In this document: positions 26,848 to 35,906 of the stretch, piece by piece
Layout of the letters: every line of letters begins with the position of its first letter
Position numbering within the stretch: position 1 is the first letter of the stretch
IMG/VR virus record: IMGVR_UViG_3300032053_000099
Location: 1 to 54,199 of that record
Strand: one strand, 5' to 3'
Origin: a virus
Lineage: Duplodnaviria; Caudoviricetes
DNA: 54,199 nt
Made by a program: the position numbers and the translations under genes
The notes under the pieces: model-generated
The model's database searches: none
The model's input: the letters and a program-made list of their open reading frames with translations, nothing else
Told to the model about the DNA's origin: nothing

Positions 26848-27909
26848 ATGATACATGAGGCTAATAGAGTGACACTTAGGTTTCTAGCCACCGGTGATCT
26901 GCATGCTCACAACTGGAAGCAGTTTGCTAGGACTACGCCTGCTGGGCTGAACAGCCGCTTGCATCATATCCTCCAAGTGTTCAAGATCCTTGCGGCCACT
27001 GCCAAAGAGCGGCGCATCAAGAAGGTGCTCCTGAATGGCGACATATTTGAATCGGCCGACTACATAGCGACTGACGTGTATGACGCTGTCTACATGGAGC
27101 TGGAAGCATTGCACCAGGCCGGTCTGGAGGTAGCCATCACCGTCGCCAATCACGACATATCCTCTGCTTCCAAGGCTCGATTAGTACACACTCTCAGGCC
27201 GTTCAGCAGAGTGGCTCAGGTGATAGAGCAGCCGCTGCGCCTCTGGCAGCGGCTGTATGTCATACCATGGATGGAGCCTGACGCCCTGAAGCGAGCTATA
27301 GCAGAGGCGTCTCGTCGAGGTTATGGCCACCAGTGCCTAGTCCTTCATTGTGCTGTACAGGGAGCAAAGACCGGCCCGAAGGACTACCTGCTGCGCTGCC
27401 CAGTCAAGTTGAAAGACTTGTTCCCAGACAAGTGGGACCTCATCTTGTTGAGTGACTTCCACAAGACACAATTCCTCGCTAACAACGTTCTATACCTCGG
27501 CAGTCCTATACAACACACGTTCGGCGAGACGCATCGACCTCGCATTTGGGATGTTAGCCTCAGCGATGATGGCTTCCGCCTCCGTAAGATATTCACAGAC
27601 AGTCTGCCCCGGTTCAAGCGAGCGTCAATCCAGAAGAACTCAGAATTGACCAGGGGGCTTGGAGAGCGGTTGGCTGGCCACTACATAATGGTCCATGCTG
27701 GACGAGCCGTTAGTGAACAGGCGTTAGAGCGGTTCTCGGAGCGGTACCATTTCCAGTATGTGCTGGGCAGGGAGCGGCAAGAGACTGCCGGGGCAAAGCA
27801 AGCCAGTAAGTTGGATGCCGGCGAGTTCATATCCCGGTACGTGTTGGCCAACGCCAGAAAGGCGGACGCGCGACGGCTGGAAGATATGGGCCGGAGCCTT
27901 TGCTCGTGA
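26848..27909 (+). CDS. SbcD/Mre11-like metallophosphoesterase nuclease (gp47-like)
   Basis: GDLH, NGDIF, ANHD, LH, SDFHK.Q, YLGSP.Q..FGE. Confidence 0.9.
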   Translation: MIHEANRVTLRFLATGDLHAHNWKQFARTTPAGLNSRLHHILQVFKILAATAKERRIKKVLLNGDIFESADYIATDVYDAVYMELEALHQAGLEVAITVANHDISSASKARLVHTLRPFSRVAQVIEQPLRLWQRLYVIPWMEPDALKRAIAEASRRGYGHQCLVLHCAVQGAKTGPKDYLLRCPVKLKDLFPDKWDLILLSDFHKTQFLANNVLYLGSPIQHTFGETHRPRIWDVSLSDDGFRLRKIFTDSLPRFKRASIQKNSELTRGLGERLAGHYIMVHAGRAVSEQALERFSERYHFQYVLGRERQETAGAKQASKLDAGEFISRYVLANARKADARRLEDMGRSLCS

Positions 27910-29603
27910 CTACGTTCCAAAAACTCGTGTTCCAGAATCTATTCAGCTTCGGATGCCGTCAGGCTCTCCAGCTAGAGGACCAGGGTGTTATACAAGTGGT
28001 AGGGAGAAACGTAGACGAGCCCGATGCTGATAGCAATCGTGTTGGAAAGTCAGCCATCATCGAAATCCTAGTTTGGTGCCTGTTTGGTAGGACAATCAGG
28101 TATGGGTTCCGCAACGACTTAGCTGTAAACAGGTTTCATAAGCGAGACGCCTTCGCGACAATCCACTTCTCTGCTAACAGCGTCCCCTATCGGCTTACCC
28201 GGTATCGTAAGCACAAGAAGCACGGCAACGCTCTCCTGTTTTGGCGAGGCAGTAGACTCATATCTAGCCGCCATGAGAAGCTGACGCAGCAGAAGATAGA
28301 GAGCGTCTTGGGGATGGGCTACGATGTCTTCTGTAACTCGGTGATATTTGGAGGGGCTAGGCCGTTCGCCGCTTTGTCAGATGCTGAGCAGAAGAAAGTG
28401 CTGGAATCGTTTCTCCACTTCGAACAGTTCGACATGGCTCTGAAGCGTACCAAGCTGGAGCTGGCCGCGTCTTCCGAGCAGCTAGAGGCGGTCTCAAGTA
28501 AGGTATCCTTGGCACGCGAGGAGCTCGGCAGTTGTTTCTCTAGGCTGACTGCGCTTCGGGAATCCCAGCATGTTGTGTCCAAGGGGCAAGAGGCGAAGCT
28601 GGCTAGGCTGAGGGCGAGGGCATCTAGTCTCAGAGTCAAAAGTGACAGCCTCGGTGTCCTGGACCGTTCAAGTCTTCAGTCTCTACGGTCCGGTAAAGAT
28701 AGTGCTTTAGCCAGACTCAGCGTGGCTGAAAAGAGCATACACAATTGTAAGAAGGCGCTGTTTCTAACCCGGAAGAAGACTTGCCCGGTGTGCCACCAGC
28801 CTATTAACAAGCGTCTGCTCAGAGAGCACATTGCTGGTGAAGTCAAGAAGGCAGAGGGCCAGCGCCAATCTGCTAAGGTGGACCACGATACACTGACAGG
28901 AAAACTGTCGCAGGCTGAGAGACAGGTGAGGTGTCTTTCAAACATAGAGCAGGAGATACAAGGGCTGCGGCGGGAGATAGCTTCCTTGAGGAAAGAGGCA
29001 TCCCAAGACCCTTGGAAGCAGGAGATAGGAGAGCTGATTGACAAGCGTTCTATATTACTATCTCGCATGCTTGTCTTGAGATCCGAGGAGGCGCGCCTCC
29101 ACCGTAAGCTGAAGGACCTGCATTTCTGGGAGGCCGGCTTTGGCAACAAGGGCATAAAGAGCATCGTGGTGCGTGAGGCGTTGCCAACCCTGAACAGCAA
29201 ACTCGTGGACTACGGCAAGATGATATTCCGTGGTTCAGCCAAACTGGAGTTCGTGCCTACTAAGCAGACCAAGAAGGGTGAGGAGCGGGAGCTGTTCCAT
29301 GTCAAGTACGAAGCCAAGAAGGGGGCTGACCTGTATCTGGGAGAGTCTAGCGGCGGTCGCAAGCGTGTTGACATCTGTGTCTTGCTGGTATTCTCGTGGC
29401 TGTCCCACGCCAGTAATCTTCTCCTGGTAGATGAGCTCCTGGATTCTCTGGATGAGACTGGACGGGGGACGGTGATGGATATCCTCAGCACGTTGCGGGG
29501 CACTATCCTGGTGGTTACGCATACTGCTATGGGGAGGACGCAAGGTGGAAAGGTTTGGACCGTCGTTAAGGAAGGCGGAGAAAGCCGAGTAGAGGTAGCG
29601 TGA
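27900..29603 (+). CDS. SbcC/Rad50-like ATPase (gp46-like)
   Basis: N..SF, G.N...N.VGKS, CPVC zinc hook, SSGG signature, LLVDE, VTH. Confidence 0.92.
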   Translation: MLVTTFQKLVFQNLFSFGCRQALQLEDQGVIQVVGRNVDEPDADSNRVGKSAIIEILVWCLFGRTIRYGFRNDLAVNRFHKRDAFATIHFSANSVPYRLTRYRKHKKHGNALLFWRGSRLISSRHEKLTQQKIESVLGMGYDVFCNSVIFGGARPFAALSDAEQKKVLESFLHFEQFDMALKRTKLELAASSEQLEAVSSKVSLAREELGSCFSRLTALRESQHVVSKGQEAKLARLRARASSLRVKSDSLGVLDRSSLQSLRSGKDSALARLSVAEKSIHNCKKALFLTRKKTCPVCHQPINKRLLREHIAGEVKKAEGQRQSAKVDHDTLTGKLSQAERQVRCLSNIEQEIQGLRREIASLRKEASQDPWKQEIGELIDKRSILLSRMLVLRSEEARLHRKLKDLHFWEAGFGNKGIKSIVVREALPTLNSKLVDYGKMIFRGSAKLEFVPTKQTKKGEERELFHVKYEAKKGADLYLGESSGGRKRVDICVLLVFSWLSHASNLLLVDELLDSLDETGRGTVMDILSTLRGTILVVTHTAMGRTQGGKVWTVVKEGGESRVEVA

Positions 29604-29607
29604 GCGG

Positions 29608-30342
29608 ATGCCCGTCAAGAAGCAAATCTTTGATGACAAGGTGATGACCAAGAGGATGGCGAAATACTCCTCTCTTGTGCATGGTGCCAGCACGCCCGAC
29701 TCGGATGACCTGCTCCAGATGCGGAATGACATCATGCTGAAGATCCTTCCGCTCGTGGACGCTGCCATCTCCCGTAAACGCTTTTTCTGCAATCGTAAGG
29801 ACCTGAAGCAGGAGTGTGCCGTCAAGGTATTGGCTAACCTGGACAAGTTCGACCCCCAGCGTGGTACGGCCTTCAAGTTCCTGTGGACTACAATCTGTAA
29901 CACCTGCCGTACGATCAGTGGTAGGTTAGGCAAGATAACTCCCAGCTTGGAGGAAGAAGCCAATCGCAAAGAGGCAGAGGCCAAGCCTTCTGGAGAAGCA
30001 CCAGACCGTTCTTATATCTCGACTGCCATCGAGGAAGCTATCTCTGATGCGCTCAAGTCCAACCCCGCCACCAGCAGGTTCCGGCGGAAGAAGTTTGTGT
30101 CGCTCTGTAAGCTCATTCAGGGGTCTGTACTGGACGGGTCCTTTTTCGACGATCGTTCCAGAGTCATCCGTAGGTGCAAAGCAAGAGGCATCTGCTCCAA
30201 CGATGCCAAGCTACTGACTGACTTCGTGTTAGTAAGCCTCCGAAAGCGGCTGTACAATCTTAGACAGGAGCAGGCTTCTCATGGTGAGTACACGGCTACT
30301 GGGCAAACTCAAGTTCCTATTTCCGAAGAGTCTGATCGCTGA
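29608..30342 (+). CDS. second sigma70 region-2-like factor (possibly late sigma)
   Basis: LPLV......DLKQEC...VL..LDKFDPQRGTAFKFL.T...N. Confidence 0.7.
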   Translation: MPVKKQIFDDKVMTKRMAKYSSLVHGASTPDSDDLLQMRNDIMLKILPLVDAAISRKRFFCNRKDLKQECAVKVLANLDKFDPQRGTAFKFLWTTICNTCRTISGRLGKITPSLEEEANRKEAEAKPSGEAPDRSYISTAIEEAISDALKSNPATSRFRRKKFVSLCKLIQGSVLDGSFFDDRSRVIRRCKARGICSNDAKLLTDFVLVSLRKRLYNLRQEQASHGEYTATGQTQVPISEESDR

Positions 30343-30691
30343 ATTCCACGACGTCTTTGGTGACGAGACTACAGCCAAACTATTGACGATATTTGCGGGG
30401 ACTATCATACGAGTCCCTTCGTCGAGGGACATCACTCGTAGTGAGCAGGCTATCTCGATCTACGAGACTTTTGAGGGTGTAACACCACAGAGTAGAGTGG
30501 CTCTGGCAAACTTGGTATGTAGCCGCTGGAAGCTGAACTCCAAACGCGTCATGGCCATATTCTGTAAGATGCAAAGCGTCGCAAAGGACGCGGCTCGGCT
30601 GCAAGAATCTAACAGTGCTGTTTCCAAGTTGAAGAAAGGGAGGGGTCACCATGAGACCAGGAGGGGGAAGGGCAAAGGGCCACGCTTTTGA
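30281..30691 (+). CDS. Mor-like transcription activator
   Basis: DVFG.ETT.KLL..FAG..I.VP followed by an HTH-like C-terminus. Confidence 0.5.
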   Translation: MVSTRLLGKLKFLFPKSLIAEFHDVFGDETTAKLLTIFAGTIIRVPSSRDITRSEQAISIYETFEGVTPQSRVALANLVCSRWKLNSKRVMAIFCKMQSVAKDAARLQESNSAVSKLKKGRGHHETRRGKGKGPRF

Positions 30692-31229
30692 GAGGCAGGT
30701 AGCCAAGCTGATCATCAAGGCTTTCGCCAGGTTTGGCATCAAGAAGGTAGACTGTTACCGAACGCCATTGTCTGGAGGGCACAGATTTGCTTGCAAGAAG
30801 CAGCCAGGGGACCTTGTCATATCTGCGCGCCTTGCCAAGCTCTTCCCGTTCTGCGTGGAGTGCAAGAATAACGAACGATGGGAGATGTGGCACTTCGTGT
30901 CTGGCCTCCAAGAAGACTCTATTGAAAGCAAGTGGCTGCGCCAGGCTCTTGCTGAGACCACTGGGAAGCGTCACCCGCTTCTGGTATTCAAGAAGAACAA
31001 CATACCTGCGTTCTGTGCCTTGCGCTTGCATGACCTCCATTCTGTGCCTCTCCTGCTCCCAATGCGCTTGCTCCAATCCAAGGCTTTTCTGGAGTTCGAG
31101 TATGACAGCAGCCCTTGGCGTGTGCTGGAATTTGAGAAGTTCTTGGCTTCCTACACAAGGGGCTCCGCGAGACAGGGAGGTCCGAATGAGCAAACCTACC
31201 AATCGCGCTGCAAGAGAATACCAGCGTGA
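30651..31229 (+). CDS. Holliday junction resolvase (PD-(D/E)xK, Hjc-like)
   Basis: KG..FER.VA, R.PLSG, GDL, VECK, W..QA, P.LVFK. Confidence 0.8.
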   Translation: MRPGGGRAKGHAFERQVAKLIIKAFARFGIKKVDCYRTPLSGGHRFACKKQPGDLVISARLAKLFPFCVECKNNERWEMWHFVSGLQEDSIESKWLRQALAETTGKRHPLLVFKKNNIPAFCALRLHDLHSVPLLLPMRLLQSKAFLEFEYDSSPWRVLEFEKFLASYTRGSARQGGPNEQTYQSRCKRIPA

Positions 31230-31623
31230 GCTTGAACGCCTGTCCATATTTGCCCAGGCTCTAGTCACGCAGTTGCCTATGGGCACAGTAGCAGAAACAT
31301 GGGTAGGCAAGGTCGTCTTGCGAGCGGAGGTTACAGTTCTAGCTGACCTGGTACTGAGCTTGTGCCGAGAGGAGCATCCGCTGGTCCTCAGTAGGACAAA
31401 CTTCTTGGATGCAGTGTCACGTGAGCTCCGCAGGCGTATCGCTCAGATTGAGATACACTACGCCGTCAAGATATCCCCAGAAGGGGTGCAAAGTCTGAAA
31501 GACTTAGAAGGGGCACAAGATGCCAGAACCGAAGCAAGACCACCAAGTTCCGGTGAGCACACCTGCGAACCCGACAACGGAAACCACGGTGGTGATCCGG
31601 GAGGATGGGATGGGCAAGGTTGA
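31186..31623 (+). CDS. hypothetical protein
   Basis: GGAGG SD before ATG 31186. Confidence 0.55.
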   Translation: MSKPTNRAAREYQRELERLSIFAQALVTQLPMGTVAETWVGKVVLRAEVTVLADLVLSLCREEHPLVLSRTNFLDAVSRELRRRIAQIEIHYAVKISPEGVQSLKDLEGAQDARTEARPPSSGEHTCEPDNGNHGGDPGGWDGQG

Positions 31624-31755
31624 AGCAGTATTCTCATCCAAGATGGTCGAGACCGGCCAGCCCGTCTCTCTCAGGTATTCACACGTGGCCGGTCTCTTGC
31701 ATACAGCCGCGTTCCTATTCCTGCATAGGAACGTGAAGTAACTACAAGGGGTGCT

Positions 31756-32394
31756 ATGCCCAAGAGGATCCTCAGGTTTCCGCGTCTGAAGAATAGCCTC
31801 ACCAAGACGGAACGCTTCGAGATCATGGTGAAGATGGGCATCCCTCCACGAGGCTACGACGGGAAGCTGACCGACAAGCAGATGTCAATCATCCGCCGTG
31901 TGGCATCTGGGGAGAGCGTACGCAAAGCCTGTGACAAGCTCCATATCGAGACCGACACGTTCTACCGCTGGCGACGCTGCCACAAGCTGTTCGCCAGGAA
32001 GTTGGTCAGGCTGACACAGAGCCACTTAGAGAAGCTGGATGACACCCTCGACGGCGCACTGGTTCGCTCGGCTCGTGTCGTGGAAGAGAACCTGGACAAC
32101 GAGGATCCATATCTACGTGGGCATACAGCACATGCTGTACTGAAAGGCCGAGGCGTGTTCAAGTCTAGTGTCCAGACTAAGGCTGACGTTCACGTCGATG
32201 GTATCGTTCAGCACGATCACGACGTTACCATGAAGCTGCCGCCGGGTTTGCAGCAGGCATTCATGGAGGCCATACTCCGGGTCGCAGTGACTGGCGGTTC
32301 TGTAAGCAAGGTGCTGCCAGAGTCAGAATTGCCTGTCATAGATATTCTAGCTGAAGAGGCTCCTAAGCTGCTGCCTGCTTCGGCCGAGGGTTAA
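31756..32394 (+). CDS. terminase small subunit-like HTH protein
   Basis: LT.KQ.......G.SV..AC..L.I...TFYRW HTH; upstream of TerL. Confidence 0.65.
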   Translation: MPKRILRFPRLKNSLTKTERFEIMVKMGIPPRGYDGKLTDKQMSIIRRVASGESVRKACDKLHIETDTFYRWRRCHKLFARKLVRLTQSHLEKLDDTLDGALVRSARVVEENLDNEDPYLRGHTAHAVLKGRGVFKSSVQTKADVHVDGIVQHDHDVTMKLPPGLQQAFMEAILRVAVTGGSVSKVLPESELPVIDILAEEAPKLLPASAEG

Positions 32395-32676
32395 GCATGT
32401 CAATGGTCAGGAAGGGGTATTGTCGGACGGGGGTTCGATTCCCCCCGCCTCCACCATTATGGGGGCGAAGCGGCTTCGACGGCGATATCTGGCCTGGCCT
32501 TCATGCCGGATGGCGTGGCCACGTTACGGACACGCAAACCAAAACTGCCACTAACCGTGACAGTAACAAGGTGATCCCATTCCCGATGCACATGCGTCCG
32601 GCGAGTGAGATGGCCTTGGCTGCCTAGTCGAGAGATGAAGCGGGGAGTTGGCCCGTCCCGGCAACAGAAACGGGCC
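32395..32676 (+). ncRNA. ssrA: circularly permuted (two-piece) tmRNA
   Basis: Acceptor piece first: T-arm GGGGG-TTCGATT-CCCCC then CGCCTCC-ACCA, ending 32456. A 4 nt spacer TTAT follows, then GGGGGCG (32461), which gives a 7 bp acceptor stem with G3-U70. P2 pairs across the pieces. AAAACT-GCC resume site at 32547; tag ATNRDSNKVIPFPMHMRPASEMALAA*. Confidence 0.93.
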
Positions 32677-32698
32677 TTCGAATTTAGCAGGAGGCAAC

Positions 32699-33115
32699 AT
32701 GACGTTGTATTTCTGGCTCAACTATCTCCTCGGTGCTATCATCCACATCCTCGTCCGTGGCCGATCGGCGTCCCAAAGCAAGGGCTACAAGACCATCGAT
32801 ATCTGGATCAGGACTTACTGGGTGGTTCTCCTGGCCAGGACTATTCTGGGCGGCGGCCTCTTTGCCCTATGGGTGACAGGCAAGGGCCAGGTCGCTGCTG
32901 CTATGGGCGCTAAGTTGCTGGGGCTGGAGTTTACCATCCCCAACATACCCGTCAATGGTCCCACAGCCTTCTTCTTCGGATACTTTGTGGATTCGATCCT
33001 GGACTGGCTATGCAACAAGGTCCCGTTCCTACGTCGAGAGATACCTCAGCTTAATAACGGCGCTCTGTTGCTCCCGGTGCCCCAACAAGGGCCTCTCAGC
33101 AAGCCTGGAGTCTGA
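32699..33115 (+). CDS. membrane protein (holin-like, about 3 TM segments)
   Basis: AGGAGG SD before ATG 32699; hydrophobic segments. Confidence 0.6.
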   Translation: MTLYFWLNYLLGAIIHILVRGRSASQSKGYKTIDIWIRTYWVVLLARTILGGGLFALWVTGKGQVAAAMGAKLLGLEFTIPNIPVNGPTAFFFGYFVDSILDWLCNKVPFLRREIPQLNNGALLLPVPQQGPLSKPGV

Positions 33116-33118
33116 CGG

Positions 33119-34354
33119 GTGGCTCAGCCTCTTAAATACCGGAAGTTCAAACAGTCGGACATAGACAAGCTGGCAGCAACGCTGGCCTCTCTGACGACTA
33201 TCAATTCCGTCCGGCAGTTTTTGAGGCAGCATTTCGATAGAGGCTTTCGAACCGCCCTCGCAGCCAGTCACCCCGAGTTCTTCCTTTTCTACTATCTTGG
33301 CTTCCGTCTCCCGGCGCACCAGCGTAGGTGGATTGCTCTCTGGAGGACCGTGAAGTACCTGCTGGAGCTTGCCCCCAGAGACCATGGCAAGTCTTGGATT
33401 TTCAACTATGGCCTGCCACTCCAAGAGGTATACGCGTCGTACGTGCGCAGTGGATTCAAGTCCGTGACGGCTCGCATTCTCAGCTTGACCAAGACGGACA
33501 CTCAAGCAGATAAGTTCTCCAACCAGATACGGGAGACGATCGAGCGGAATACATATCTCAATGAGGACTTCGGTGATATTGTAGACCGCAAGTATTGGTT
33601 GAAGGACCACTTCCGCTGCAAGCGTAGCTTAGTAGACGCGGTAGAGAAGGACTGGACGTATGAAAAGTGCGGTATCCTAGGTGCTATCACGGGAGGCCAC
33701 CAGGACCGCATCATCGGAGACGACTGCCTGGATGACGAGAACACCAAAACAGTGGACCGTATGGACACGCTGTCTGCCTGGTTCTGGGGCACGGTCTGGA
33801 ATATGCGGGAGGTCTATACCAGATTCTCCTTCGTTGGTACGCGCAAGAACAGGCGGGACCTGTATAGCGAATTCCTAGCTAATCCTGTCTGGAAGGCCAA
33901 CGTAGAAAGGGCCATCATCAAGTACCCTATGATCCCGGACCCAGATAAGCCGGGTGCCGAGAAGCAAGGCTGGCGGTATATCACTAGCCGCAAGCGTGTG
34001 ATAGATACTCCTCCTGAGCTGAGGCTGGGGGAAGAGATTGTGGACGTAGAACTGCTGACCGATGATCACATAGTGCTGTGGCCGTCGGAGCCAGCGTATG
34101 ACAACGACGGCAAGCCTGAGCTAGACCCCGACACCGGCTTGCAGAAGGTATTCGGTTGGGGCATCAAGGAACTTCTACTGGACCGCGCTGCCTCAGGGCC
34201 GTTGTACTTTGACAGAGAAAAACAGAACAACATCTCATCGACTGAAGGTGTTATATTTGATAGGGCTTGGTGGAGGTTCTTTGCAACCGAGGAGCTGTTC
34301 TTCAACCCGACCGATGGCTGCGTCTATCTTCAGCCTTCGGCAATAGGAGCATGA
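33119..34354 (+). CDS. terminase large subunit, ATPase portion
   Basis: HQ..W, LAPRDHGKS Walker A, ITGG..D.II.DD Walker B, VGTR, F.RE.QN...EG.IF; no nuclease domain. Confidence 0.9.
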   Translation: MAQPLKYRKFKQSDIDKLAATLASLTTINSVRQFLRQHFDRGFRTALAASHPEFFLFYYLGFRLPAHQRRWIALWRTVKYLLELAPRDHGKSWIFNYGLPLQEVYASYVRSGFKSVTARILSLTKTDTQADKFSNQIRETIERNTYLNEDFGDIVDRKYWLKDHFRCKRSLVDAVEKDWTYEKCGILGAITGGHQDRIIGDDCLDDENTKTVDRMDTLSAWFWGTVWNMREVYTRFSFVGTRKNRRDLYSEFLANPVWKANVERAIIKYPMIPDPDKPGAEKQGWRYITSRKRVIDTPPELRLGEEIVDVELLTDDHIVLWPSEPAYDNDGKPELDPDTGLQKVFGWGIKELLLDRAASGPLYFDREKQNNISSTEGVIFDRAWWRFFATEELFFNPTDGCVYLQPSAIGA

Positions 34355-34358
34355 TTTC

Positions 34359-35906
34359 ATGGTAGCGATGCCTGCATCCCTCGGCTTCGATAGCGACGTG
34401 CTCTATGAGCAACGCCTAGCAGATTCCCAGCCTGAGCAGACTGTGCTGACGGTGGAGCAGTTGAACGCCCGCATCCGTGAGTCTCACAAGCTCCACTACA
34501 AGACAGAGTTTCAGGATCTACCTATATCCGTCGAGAACCGTAAAGGCTCCGTCCGTGAAGGCACTGACCCCAAGACAGGCAAGCCGTGGCGTACGAAGAT
34601 GAAGAACCCCTACGGCTATATACGGGGCACTAAGGGCGTAGACGGCGACTCTGTGGATGTCTATCTTGGTCCTGAAGAGGAAGCTGGCAAAGCCTTTGTC
34701 GTGCATCAGAAGGACCCGGAGACAGGCAAGTTCGATGAAGACAAGGTGATGCTTGGCTTCCCTAGCAAGACCAAAGCCAGGAAGGCGTTCCTCAAGCACT
34801 ATGACGACCCTGACTTCCTTGGCCCTATATCTGCTATCCCAATGCCGAAGCTCAAAAAGAAGCTGAAGGCCAAGAAGGCCCAGAAGCTGGTAGCGTCATC
34901 GCGTTTGACAGAGCTTGACGTATTGGCACTAGAGCAGAGGCTGCGCGAGGCCGAGCTACAGGAACACGGCATCAAGGGCATGAAGTGGGGAGTGCATAAG
35001 TTCCAAGTCCACGTCAAGCGCGACTACTCCAAATACTCGGAAGCCAAGTACGACACCAACAAGAAGCGATGGTTGACAACGGCAGGCAAGCCTCTACCAA
35101 AGCATATCCAAGCCTGCTACATCCCGCCAGCTTGGCAGAACGTCAGGTACAGCAACGACCCTGGTGACGATCTACTGGTATCTGGAAGGGACAAGAAGGG
35201 TGTAGGTCATGCGGTGTACTCCGCGAAGTTCAATGCCCAGCAGGCCAATTCTAAATTTGAACGGGTCAGCGAGCTAGACCGGAAGTACAACAGAGTCCTC
35301 GCCTCAGTGGTGAACGACATCCGTATTGGCAAGAATGTGGAAGAGGCTTCTATCCTCCGCCTGGTGATGACAACTGGCCTGCGTCCAGGCTCTGAGAAAC
35401 AGAGAGGCGCTGTGAAGGCATATGGTGCGACCACGCTGGAAGGTCGTCATGTTATCGGCAAGGACGAGAGTTCTATTAGGTTGCGGTTCGTTGGCAAGAA
35501 AGGCGTCAAGATCGACGTTCCAGTTACAGACCACGACGTCGCAAGAGACCTATTGAAGCGTCGCGGCGAGGCAGGTCCTCTGGGGCGCATATTCAATCCA
35601 GGTCCCGGCGAGGCTGTTAGGAGCTACTCGAACACCCAAGATGGGGGAGGGTTCAAAACGAAAGATTTCCGTACCCTTCTCGGCACTCGTGTAGCACAGG
35701 CGGAGAGGGACAAGCTGCCCCCACCGAAGACAGAGAAGGAATACCGTGTGTCTTGCAAAGCCGTCGCCAAGATAGTATCCGAGAAACTGGGCAATACGCC
35801 CAATGTGGCGTTGAAAGCATACATCGCGCCTCACGTATTCGCGGGATGGCGAGTGGGGAAGGGTTGGCGTGTGAGTAAGGTAGTAGAATCTGGGAGGGCC
35901 ACATGA
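34359..35906 (+). CDS. InPase-like domain + GMKWG tag + type IB topoisomerase fusion
   Basis: ISVEN.KGS.R.G....W...M..YGYIRGT.GVDGD.VDV...FDEDKVMLGF; HGIKGMKWGV; IPPAW, GRD.KG, GLRPG, FVGKKG, KDFRT, LGNTP.VA..AYI. Confidence 0.88.
   Translation: MVAMPASLGFDSDVLYEQRLADSQPEQTVLTVEQLNARIRESHKLHYKTEFQDLPISVENRKGSVREGTDPKTGKPWRTKMKNPYGYIRGTKGVDGDSVDVYLGPEEEAGKAFVVHQKDPETGKFDEDKVMLGFPSKTKARKAFLKHYDDPDFLGPISAIPMPKLKKKLKAKKAQKLVASSRLTELDVLALEQRLREAELQEHGIKGMKWGVHKFQVHVKRDYSKYSEAKYDTNKKRWLTTAGKPLPKHIQACYIPPAWQNVRYSNDPGDDLLVSGRDKKGVGHAVYSAKFNAQQANSKFERVSELDRKYNRVLASVVNDIRIGKNVEEASILRLVMTTGLRPGSEKQRGAVKAYGATTLEGRHVIGKDESSIRLRFVGKKGVKIDVPVTDHDVARDLLKRRGEAGPLGRIFNPGPGEAVRSYSNTQDGGGFKTKDFRTLLGTRVAQAERDKLPPPKTEKEYRVSCKAVAKIVSEKLGNTPNVALKAYIAPHVFAGWRVGKGWRVSKVVESGRAT

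Noticed and set aside
32397-32627. 76 aa ORF ending ALAA
   Set aside because: It reads through the tRNA-like domain of the permuted tmRNA; only the last 26 codons are the tag frame
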